Position numbers and translations under genes: made by a program. Shown here piece after piece: positions 50,901 through 61,351 of a stretch of DNA of 64,000 nucleotides. How positions within the stretch are numbered: the first letter of the stretch is position 1; each line of letters begins with the position of its first letter. The notes under the pieces are model-generated. The model was given only the letters and a program-made list of their open reading frames with translations, did no database searches and was not told the DNA's origin. The DNA comes from Amphiscolops sp. MND2022 (Eukaryota). The stretch spans positions 60,326,001 to 60,390,000 of the forward strand of contig OZ076414.1 in the NCBI GenBank assembly GCA_964187785.1, read 5' to 3'.

Positions 50901-51869
50901 AGTGAAGTACAGGAATTCCGTGTTAATTGCCGCAAGTTTCTCGATGAGTTGATTCGGGAGATTATTTGCCATCGGAGCTTTTCTTCTGGAGTTTCTCGTG
51001 GTCTTTACTGTTTTGGTCCCGAAATTCTGCTTGATGGGGATGGCGATAGTATTTTTGGCCTGTTTGCTGGTCTTTGCAAAATATTAGTTGACTGCGGAGT
51101 GCTGCCGTTGGGATCTTCGAGTGCCGCAGTTGATGAATTCTACAGTTATGTAGTAGAGAAACGTCGCCAGTATGCCGGGAGTGATCGATCAGGAAATGCA
51201 GTATTTGAAGTTATGGCTTTTTTGCTGGGCGAATATTCTTTCCAATCGCGTCACAATGTTTTGCGAATATTCAAACTGTGTTGTTTGATTGTGAGTTCTG
51301 ACCGGAGCCGTTATCCTTCCGTGTTGTTGGAGCTTCCTGGTAGCGCATTGGATCAAAAGGCTGTAGATAACTGTGTTGGGATGGTGCAGTCTTATGTGTT
51401 GAGTCCAGGCTATGTCCCGAAGTTAATTTTCACTGATTTGACATTGGATGCCGTACGGAGTGCTGTCGAGGATGCGGGCGTTTTTTAAGTGACTGGCGAT
51501 TTTGATGTGTGGAAGAACGTCTGTAGTTCCGGGTTTGCTGCGTTTGTGTCTGCTGTGAGTACTTCATTCTCAAAGGTGTTGTCGCGACGTCGAGAAGCCG
51601 AGGAAAAAGACTATACTGAGTGGAATCGGGCGAATAGGCAGACTCAGATTGACCGTCGAGCTGGTTCTAGTCGTAATGAGAGCGGCGGAAGTATTGCGGC
51701 CAAACCCAAGAAGGCAGCGGCAAGTGGTTCAAAAGGAGGTGGAGGGTCCAGCTCTAAAGGTGGATCGTCAAAATCTGGCAGCAAAAGAAAACCGGCCAAG
51801 AATGATGCTGATCAAGGTGTTTATGATACCCTCAATAGTTCAACTAGTAGCTGGGGTTGTTGTGTTTAG
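47914..51869 (+). pseudogene. Antisense 7-exon cargo gene, copy 2; one premature stop from intact (about 1057 aa)
   Basis: Exons 47914-48037, 48150-48479, 48616-48843, 49012-49589, 49686-50306, 50386-50467, 50659-51869, total 3174 nt. The only lesion noticed is TAT>TAA at 51486-88. Confidence 0.88.
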
Positions 51870-51986
51870 ACTCTGCAATTTTTTAATTTTCAGGCATTTG
51901 TTATTCTGCTCTTGCTATGATTGTATTGTAGTTCAGAAATTAACGTTACCATCCCGGTTCGGCTTGGTCAACTTGATCGTTTTCAT

Positions 51987-54900
51987 TCAGTTTTGAGTTT
52001 GAGAACTCTCTTCCGTAGTGATTGCGTCTAGCATCCGAAAATCAGGATGTGCATTAGGTTTAGGATTAGGTCGTAGGTTATACCTTCCCGTTTTTCTAGG
52101 ATTGTATCCGACAACTATAGGCGGCAGTGTAGGCAGTATTGGGGGGCTTTCTGTAGGCGGCGGGGTCATTATGAAAGGGTTATCACTGCCGTCTAAGTTG
52201 AATGACGTGTTATCTCCGGAAGACGTTTTATTCATCATTGTGTTCTCATCTGCAGTTGTTATGACTGTTTCATGGTCCGTTGTATTTCCGTCTTCAGTTT
52301 GTACTTCCGTGATAGTAGCTTCTGCATTGTCGTTTTCCGTTGGGGTTCCGGACAGAACTTCTACGAATTCGGTTTTCCAAGCTTGCGCGTACCAATCATC
52401 ATGGGTTGTTTTAACCTCAGGATCTGGAAGCTGATCTTCCACTTTGACTGTTACGTCAGGTACTCGCTGATTGGGCGCGTATAGCCTTAGGCGAATTCTA
52501 TGGAGGATTTGCGTATATCTTGTTCCCGTCCGTCTTACGACGTAATTGTTATTGGAAAGGACTTTGACCACTATATATGGCCCTGTCCAAATGCAATATT
52601 TGAAAGCGAATTTTATTGACTGGTTATCAGCTTTCGGGTTCAGGACGTAGCAATAGTCATTGATTTTCAATGGCGTTGCTGTCGCTTTTTTATCATAGTA
52701 TCGCTTATACTTCAAATATGATTGCATGAGGTTGTCCTTGGCTGACTGGTGGATTTCAGCGATTTGCTTTTGTAATTCGTCCGTTAGGTCTTCGTTAGCG
52801 TCTTTTTTCCATTATGGCTTGAGTCCCAGTTTAATATCCAGAATGTTGTACGGGATGCGTCCGTGGAATACTGTTGTCGGTTCGCAGCCTAGGCTTTCAT
52901 GGTAGCTTGTGTTGTAGTTCATTACTGCAATTTGTACATATTTATGCCACATTGAACGTCGTTCTCCCGTTGATATTTTTAAGGTATTCCAATCGTTTGT
53001 GCGTGTTTTGTTGATGCGTGACTAATCCGTATGTCGAGAGTTTGTGCTATCTGGTTTACGACATCTGATCGGAATTGTGATCCCTTGTCGGTGAGGATTA
53101 TTGTAGGCAGATAACAATGACGTGTCATTACGTCAATTATGCATCGGCCTGCTGTTCTGGCTGTCATGTCCAGCGTCGGGTATGCGAAGAGGTTTCGAGA
53201 GAAAACGTCCATCATTGTTATGATGTGCCTGTATCCGTTAGATGAAGGCAAATTTGGTAGAATGTCGACTTCTAAGCAATCCTCTGGGCCGAAGGTTAAT
53301 TCCGTGTTGCTCAGCATTTCAGGGCGTATTTGTCTCGTGTCAATCCGTTTGTTGGCTATGCAATCGGGGCAGTTGATTACCCAAGCTCTGATTTTCCGTG
53401 CGAGTCCCGGATAGTAGTATTTTGTTCGGCTTTCTTGGATCATTTTTGTTATTCCTGGATGTTTGTTGGTTTTCCCATGTAGAGTTGATAGGAGTTCGGG
53501 GACTATGTGTTTTGGTATGAGTATTTGATGATGCGTGATTGTGCCATCCTCTCCGTAGTATTTGCGCATGAGAACTCCATCTTTGACTATTATTCTTTCT
53601 TCGTGGCGTAGTAAGTTTCTCCCTCTTGGTTCAGTTTTGAGGAGATGTTTGTCATATTCTTCGTGGAGTAGACGTAGCTTTAGTGCTTTCATCAGGATTG
53701 GATCTGCATCTTGTTCATTGCGTATTCGGGCGTTTTCTTTGATTGCTCCGAATGCGTAGACTGATGTATTGAGTGGTATGTGGACTGCTTCTGTTATTTC
53801 GGTGGATAAGTTTTGTTGTTCTTTTTCGTCCACTGCTCGTTGTTTGCTAAGAGCTTTTCTTGCAAAAGTTTCTTGTTCTGATTCTTCTTCTTCATCTGGT
53901 AGGAAAAAAAGTTGTTCTTCGTCAGCAACATCTGTGGACTGTAGGTTGACTTCTATGGGTGCCGTTATGATGTCGTCTCGTAGCTTGAGCTGAACTTTTT
54001 CTTTTGGCGTTAGTTCTAGGCGAGACAGGAAATCGGCAGCTGTGTTTTGTGACCCGGCTACGTGCATAATACGGAATTTGAGTTGTAGTACGTAGTCACA
54101 AGCGTTCCAGAGCGCAGATGGCGTTGTCTTTGTTTGGAAAAACCTTGTTACTGATCTATTGTCTGTTAAGACTAGAGTTGGTAGTGTCGTTTCCCATAAG
54201 ATGTGACTGTATTCTAGGAATGCATGGTAAATGGCAAGGAACTCCTTACAGTATATTGACATTTTCAGCTGTGACGGCGAGAATACGCGGGAGCCAAAGG
54301 CGACCGGTGCGAAAGTTTTCCGTTTGGAGAGTAGCTTTTTATCATCGTTTTCTTCTATCATTAGGGCATAGCCTGATGCCCGGAAGCTTGCGTCCGTCAT
54401 TAGTACGTATTGTTTTCCCGCAACTGGTTGTCTGAGGGCTAGTCCACATGCTTCCGCTAGGCTTGCGTTGATGGCTTTGAAGTTGTCGACTAATTCTTCT
54501 GATTTGGTGATTTTTGTATCTGCTTTTAGGAGTTTATACATTCCAATCATCTTTTCGGACAGTCTTGGTATGTAGTTTCTGTAGTAGTTGATAAATCCAA
54601 TGTATTTCTGGACTTGTTTCTTTGATCGGGGAAATCTACTTTTTGACAAAAAATTGGTTATTTTGTGGTCTTGCGGTGGTACTCCGTGGGGTGTGATGGT
54701 TCTTCCCAGGAATTCGATTTGGGTGACGCCGAAGTGGCATTTTTCAATTGTGAGTTTTAGTCCAGCTTTGCGGATGCATTTGAAGACTGCTCTGATGTTC
54801 TTTATGAGTTGTTCCGTTGTGTTGGCGGCGATCCCGATATCGTCCACATATTGGGCACACTGGTCGGCTTTGATGACGGTGTCGAGGTATTCCCGCATGA

Positions 54901-57268
54901 AGCTCGAAAAGGCTGACAAGGCTCTACTAAGTCCTTGAGCTAGCCTACGATAGGCAAACGTTCTACTAGCAAAATTAAATGCAAGGAATTCTACTGACCT
55001 TTGATCTGCCATTTGGAGGCAGTGGTAGGCTTGTGAACAATCTAGTTTGCAGAACAGCTGCTTCCCCGCTAGGTGTTGTGCGGCGTCTGAGAGTGTGCTG
55101 ATGGGGTGGTTGTTGTTTATGTAGTCATCTGAGATGAGGGCGTTGATCTTCCGTAAGTCCACTTGGAGCCGCAGTTTGCCGTTAGGTTTGCGTTGCGCGA
55201 AGATGGCGCTGGCATATTTCGAGAATGGGAGGGTTGTGATGATCCCGTATTTGTGCATCAGTGCCAGTTCTACTGTGAGATCGTCTTTGAGGTTGATGGG
55301 TACGGGGAGGCTTTGTGTATATACCGGTTTGTCGTTTTTGGGAGTTAGGCTTACCTTGAACTGGTTGTTCATTCCGATATCCAGTCGATGACGTGCAAAG
55401 ATGTCATTGAATTCGACTAGGGTGGACTCTAGGTTTTCACGGTCTTCCCCCGTTATTAGTGAATCATTCCATTTGAATAGCGAAAGGAATTGTGTTCTGG
55501 ATTTTTCGTCGTGTTTGGGGTCCAGTTCTTCTAATCATTGTAGCTCGCGTAGTTCTCGTAGAATGCGTTTTTGGATGGGTGTGTGTTCCGATTCATCTCC
55601 GGGATTTTCGGGAGTTGGGAACCAGAACTTCTCTTCTGTTTGTTCTGGCGAATCAACTTGCATCAATGCATTAACATACGCAACAACATCGTCGTGATCG
55701 GTGAGTAGATTGAGGGCTGCTATATCTACTGCTCGTATCAATTTCGTTTCTTCAGGTTTCAGTATTTGTAGTTCTGCTAGTTTCGTATGTGGCGTTACTG
55801 TATAGGGGAAGTCTGTGGTGTTCGCTATTTTTATCGCGACTCGTTTGTCTCGGGCTGTTGTTATTGCTGGGGCTACTATGAGTTTTGCATTTTCGTCGAA
55901 CTGTGGTAAAGGTTGGACTGTCCCAGTTATTGGGTGGTCATTACTTGTAGTAATGGAAGCATGGATGATCCGCGTGGCTTGGGCTGGTATGGTGTGTTTT
56001 TCTTCCGTCTTAATGGTGATGGGTTTGGGGTTGCACTTTTGTCTTTCATCTTTTAGGGCTAGAGTGATTTGTATTTGAGGAAAGTCTATTGTTCCTTGTG
56101 CAGTATCTAGGATTGCGGAATGTTTCCGGAGGAATGCCAGGCCGATGATTGGGTAAGATGTTTTGGTCATTATGATGAAAGTCTCTTCGAACGCGTAGTC
56201 ACCGATTTTGAACTGCATTGTGTATGTTGCGCGGGCTTTTTCAAGTTCTGTGTTGGCATATTGTATCTTGAAAGGGGGTGGAGGTGCTTTCGCGATTATG
56301 GTTGCGTTGGCTTCAGTTTGTATCTTGTCTGCATCCCTTTCGCTGATGACGTTGATGTAGGCTCCCGAGTCAACTAATGCATCAATTCTAGTGTTTTCAA
56401 AGTCAAGAGGAATAAAGAGCATTCTTTTCTTCTTTTTGAGGGTTATTGCTGACATTAACGGAATGTAGTCGTCGTCTTTATCATGTTGTATGAATTCTTT
56501 TATGATATTGAGATCGTATGGCAGTTGTTGTGGGCATTCCGTTACTTCGTCGTCTGCATGAATGTTGTCCTGAGTTGGCAGTTCGGATGCTGTTGTTGGG
56601 GGTGATACTGTTTGATCGGCTGCCTCGCGATGTTCTTTTGCTGGTTGTGTCCATATTGTTTTATCTTCGATGCAGATGATGTTGTCTGCATCTTTTGGTG
56701 TGGGCGTGGTGGTGATGGGTGTTGGCGAGGACTGTGTTGTCTTTTTTAGGATTGGTGACGGTGGTGATGGTAGGGTTGTACTCTCGGCGAATTGGGCTTG
56801 AGGATTTGAAACTTGGATCCTGAAGGAGAGTTTATTTGTATCATAGATGGTTGGTTCATCCCAGGGGTCACATCTATATTCTCTATCATATATGTAAATG
56901 CGTTCAGTCTTTGATACTGGTAAGGGTCTTTTTAGTGTCGCGTAGTTATCGGGTGATTCTGTTATCCATTGGGGTAGTGGTGTTGGGTCTTCTGGATGTC
57001 GGGCATTGTGTCTAAGTATCATGCCTACGTTCCAGCAACGTTGCCAGTCCTGGGTGGGTTCCTCATTGCATTCTGTGAGGAAATCTTCTTCATACCTGTT
57101 TGGGGGGTCTTCTATTGTGTACGCCCTTGCGTCTACCGTTTCCCCGAAGCGGAGGCGCGGCGTTCTTAGTTTTTGACTGGATTTCAATAGAAGGGATTGG
57201 TTGTTCGCTAATTTGGTTTGTGGGTATGGCGAACTCGTGTAGTTTCTTCCTGGGGTCGTTCGCCGCAT
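51987..57268 (-). pseudogene. pol: C2 pol: pre-protease domain, protease, dUTPase-like spacer, RT, RNase H, integrase
   Basis: LVDSGAYINVIS, DCSQAYH, YVDD, MTDASFRASGY, H-x5-H..CPDC, LEVDILP, TDKGSQF. Small breaks near 55535 and a deletion near 52985. Confidence 0.95.
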
Positions 57269-58582
57269 TAGCTCCGTACCAGCAGTTCTCGGTTTTGTGG
57301 AGCTTTACACAAGTGTCACACTTTGGTTTGGGTGGTTCATTGGTGTTGGGAACGCCGTTCTGTGCTTTAGTTTCGTAGTAACGATCTTTTCGTAATTTGC
57401 GGCATTGTGCTTTATAATGCCCCTGTTTGCCACAGTGAAAACAACTTCCCCGATGGGTGAGTTCCTTTTTTGGTTCCGGTGGGACGACGTCGACCGTATT
57501 TAGTGGTACTAGTGTGGTTTCGTCTGGGGTTCCCAGGCCATTAAGGCGCATCTCTCGTTCGAGATGTAGGACAATATCGTTATAGGGTTTGTCCTCGAGG
57601 TAGGCTCGGTTAAGAATCTTTTTGACGTGGTCCGGCATTTTGGCGTGTATGGCCTTGTCTATAAATTTTTGTGCTTCAGAGCCGAACGCTTCCTTAGCCG
57701 TTTTTTGCAAAAATGTGTATCCAAAAATTCATGTTATGTTTGCTTGGTTGGGTCAAAATGTAGCGAGTCCCATTCGCATCTCGCTTTGGCCGAAGATTTA
57801 AAATCTCCGAAGCGCCGTTTAAACGCCGTAATTACCTCCTCTAAGTTATCTTTTTTGGCATCGTCTAAGTTGCAATATGCTTGTAGTGCATTGCCTCGTA
57901 GTAGCGAGTAGAAGTAGTTGATTTTTTGGATTTCTGTTAGATGTGGGTACATTTTTATGTTGTTTCGGAATAAGTCCTCGAAAAGTTCGAATTTTTCGGA
58001 CTTACCATCAAACACAGGTAGAGATGCGGTGAGGGCTTTTGGCATTGAAGGAGGTTGAGGTGGTGGATGGATTTCCGGCTGAGGAGCGAATAGTAGTCTT
58101 GATGTTGATGGTCGTTCGTTGGGTGGCAGGCTTTGTGGACGGTGTGGTCGTGTCTTCTTTTTCCCCAGATTTGTGGAGTCATTGAGGACTCCTGTCACCA
58201 TGTTACAACTATTTACCGGAGTGATTTTACGAGTAGTCGCAGTGGTTTTATTTTTGATCGGTGTTGAAGTTGCATTCTCCGGGATGTTTTCGGATTCAGA
58301 ATCTGTTTCTTCAGTAGCTGTTATGATGGTTTGTTTTTTAACAGGAGGGGCTATTAGTTTTAGCATCTCCTTTTGATTTTCAGCTAAGATTTTAGTGAGG
58401 TCAGACATGATCTCTTTCCTCAGTGAAGATTTGATTTCCTCCAGATTTTCAGCAAGTACTCTAGGAGATTTGCTCGTTCCCGCTACGGGATTTAAGTTTT
58501 GGTTAGTCTCAGGTATTGGGGTCTCCATTTCAGTAGAAACTAGTTCCTCAACAGCTTTTCTTTTCTGGCTTCTAGTAGTCAT
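57090..58582 (-). pseudogene. gag: C2 gag (starts in the LTR; capsid-like region plus two CCHC knuckles), one frameshift near 57735
   Basis: MTTRSQKRKAV..., LPVFDGKSEKFELFEDLFRNNIK, CFHCGKQGHYKAQC, CDTCVKLHKTENC. Confidence 0.9.
58188..58200 (-). promoter_or_regulatory. Primer-binding site TGGTGACAGGAGT (Leu-tRNA-like), inside the gag reading frame
   Basis: Directly abuts the LTR end TAACA. One mismatch from the TGGTGTCAGGAGT Leu-type PBS. Encodes (M)VTGV. Confidence 0.8.
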
Positions 58583-60333
58583 TTTTAGATAAAGCGAGAG
58601 AGTGGTTGTTCTTTGGAAAACTTGAATTCTTCAAAGAAATATGGTTTTCAAAACGAAGTATTAACGGAGTAGTTAGGAAACAGATTAAAAAGATTTACAA
58701 ATCCTTAGGTATATACACTTTCACAGCATCATTTGTTCCTCACCTAAAACTTCCTAGGAATCCTCAAAATCAGTTTTGTTCATCAAAATTGCTTAATCAT
58801 CCTTATTATTTCAACCCTTTAATTAATTGTTCACGATTTAAAATTCCTAGTCGCGGCTCCCTTACGGAGTGCTTGTTGAAATCATTTTTGTTCATTATCA
58901 TTTTTTCCGGTTTGATCGCGGAAAAGGCGGCAAAATGAAAGTCTAGTTGAATTTTCATCGGGAAAGGCACGCTGGCGTGATCAATGATTCATCTCGAAAC
59001 TAGTGAAAATCGTCTGTTCGCGGTAAAAGAATGACAAGCAAAACTGACCACGGGAACATCTCGGAGTGATTCCAGGTAAATGTGCTGGGAACACCTTGAA
59101 GAGAACAAATGATGCCGGAAAACGGTTAATACTGATCAAGAGCTGAGATAGCAAACAATATAACACAGAATCATTTTGAGCTTCTGAACTAATTCCACAT
59201 GTATTGGAACATAATGGTTTGATTAATACAGATCAACGGCTCATTTAGCCCAAAGAACATAACATATCAAAAGTACAAAACATCCCTTTCCGAAATGAAG
59301 GGAAGCACCTTTCTTTTAATGATCTCCTATGTTTTAATCTGTAGTACGATCATTTTTATTAGGTATTAAACGGGAACATTTCGGAAAGGTATTATTTTGA
59401 TGTTATGATATTCTGAACATTCCTTTTCGGTTCCGTATAGCATAAGGAGTATCCTAATATATTAGAACAATTTTGATCTTGCAGCATTTCTTTTTAGTCG
59501 TCCTTTATGTATTAACATAAGGCGTAACCTTGTCATTTCATAATTTGCTCCTAAAGCGCTCCGTACGTATTAAGATTAGGTATAGCTTCTTCGCATTACA
59601 ATTTGCTCCGTAAGCGCTCCGTACGTATTAAGATTAGGTATAGCTGAGCAGCGCATGCTTGCGGGGACAGCGCGGACAGCGTTAACAAATTCATTCTTAT
59701 TCTCTCGCTCAATTGGCGTTGCTATGGTAACTAGGGATGGTGAAAGACGACGCTATTGGTCCGTAAAAATAGAAACATCTACTCTTCAATCAAGCTGAGT
59801 GACGCCGCCATTACGTTGTAAATATTCTCTTAAGTTGCTTAACTGCATTCTTGAGTGGATATTCACAACTATTCAATCATTGGAAAACAATTCCGCCATT
59901 CTCTTTGTATGTTCTTTCATTTTAGATTGTATGAATTCCGTTGGGACCTCGGAATTGAATTTCATTTTGGTGTTTTCATTTTAGTGTGGAAAAGAAAAAG
60001 GTCCCAGAGTTAAGAATGTTTTTACTTTGTTATTTAGATTCGTATGGAATTTTCAGCTGACGGAACCGGAAGTAACGGAACGGTTACGCATGAAAACCTT
60101 ATACCGGAAGTTTCGTTCTGTCTAAAATCACTTTTGGATATTTTGCTTATTGCTTTCGTTAGACTAAAATCCTTTTGTTCTGACTATTAACTCGTACTAC
60201 AGTTAAACAAAGGTAAGTGATCAGTTAAAGTTTTTTACCTAGTTTTGCGGGGCATTGCCATGTCCTTTGCCTCTTGCGAACTTCGGTATTCCTCCGCAAC
60301 AGGAAAAATCCCGACCGGGAGCGGGTCGTGACA
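58201..60333 (-). repeat. C2 5' LTR, 2133 bp
   Basis: Matches 37756-39889. Termini TGTCACGAC...GTTGTAACA on the minus strand. Confidence 0.93.
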
Positions 60334-61351
60334 ATCCGTTTCGTTAAAATTCGAAGAACTGATTCACGGTAATAAAAAGTGAGATTTAGAGAAGTGATAA
60401 ATACGAAAGAAAAAATGGTTGCACCCAGCAACCGTATTGAAATTTCTGTTTAGTTTTAGCTGGTTGAACTTCAAGTTCGCGCTTACATGCTAAAAGTTCT
60501 AAGAGAAGCGCTAAGCCTTCAAACCTTAAACATTCAAAACAGAATTATGTTTAGAGCAATTTCGTACTAGTGAACCTCATATAACTCTTGTTACAGCACT
60601 AACACAGAAAATACGGTGTTCTCTATAGTATCCTTTGTTGAAACGAGTTTCTTCAACTTTTTGTTCATGTGACGGGACAATATTTTCAGTCCCTGACGGT
60701 AAGTGGTAAGTTCCCTTAGACATCCGATAGGACATTCACATTGTGCTGACATTTTTGAGATAATTATTCTGTGCTTGCTCTTGTATTGGGGTGGAAGTTA
60801 GCAAATGGGGTTTCTTATGCAAACGAGTTCGTGATTCGCTATTCTCTAAAGAATTACACGGATAGTCCCCGGGTCATTATTTGATGCCGAGTTTCAACTT
60901 CACATGATTGATAGAACTACCTTTACGAGAGCCGCATGTGCCATATCTATGGAGCACGGTCACGTCTTTTTGGTAAGGTTGTTTTGTATGTTCAATTTCT
61001 GTCGATACAGTTTGATCTTGTGATGTAGTTTCTGGAATATTGCATTCTAGAGGTCTCAGGAATCACCGCTAAATGGGCGTTGCTTAAGGCTTCTAGCTGT
61101 TCTACGTTGTGTTATTCTAACTGAAGTGTTTGTGTTCTTCGAAGAAGTCCCGGTTACTTTGGTCCCACCTAGAGTTTTCCACGAGGACAACCACTACATG
61201 TTGGCAAACTCGGTGATGTGGAGCATCCTCCTGGAAAAAGGCGCTGCCGCATCAAGATTGTCTTCGCTGCGAGGGTTTGTACTATAATGATCGATACTGT
61301 TTACTTGTCTTTCCCGTAAGGGAGCTGAACAACAGAATTTCCAAGTGTGTC

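Larger units (their letters stand above)
40748..54586. repeat. Internal direct tandem duplication, units 40748-47660 and 47661-54586
   Basis: ORF sets repeat at an offset of 6913-6926. Junction GTAGTA-GTT-TTCCTTTTAGG has a 3-nt GTT microhomology. Confidence 0.95.
37756..60333 (-). mobile_element. Family C copy C2: complete 22.6-kb Gypsy element (about 15.7 kb without the internal duplication)
   Basis: Two near-identical 2.13-kb LTRs, flanks ATCGG (37751-55) and ATCCG (60334-38) forming a 4/5 target-site duplication, PBS immediately after the 5' LTR, gag-pol. Confidence 0.93.

Noticed and set aside
59801-60333. Short (~517-bp) LTR ending TTTACA with a PBS TGGCGGCGTC, which would make 37756-39370 a tandem second element
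   Set aside because: The 2.13-kb boundaries explain more: 9-bp terminal inverted repeats, an abutting TGGTGACAGG PBS, and the ATCGG/ATCCG target duplication. The motif is TGACAGCG in C1 and has poor tRNA geometry.
60334-61351. Possible coding remnants in unique sequence right of C2
   Set aside because: No frame long or recognisable enough to assign.
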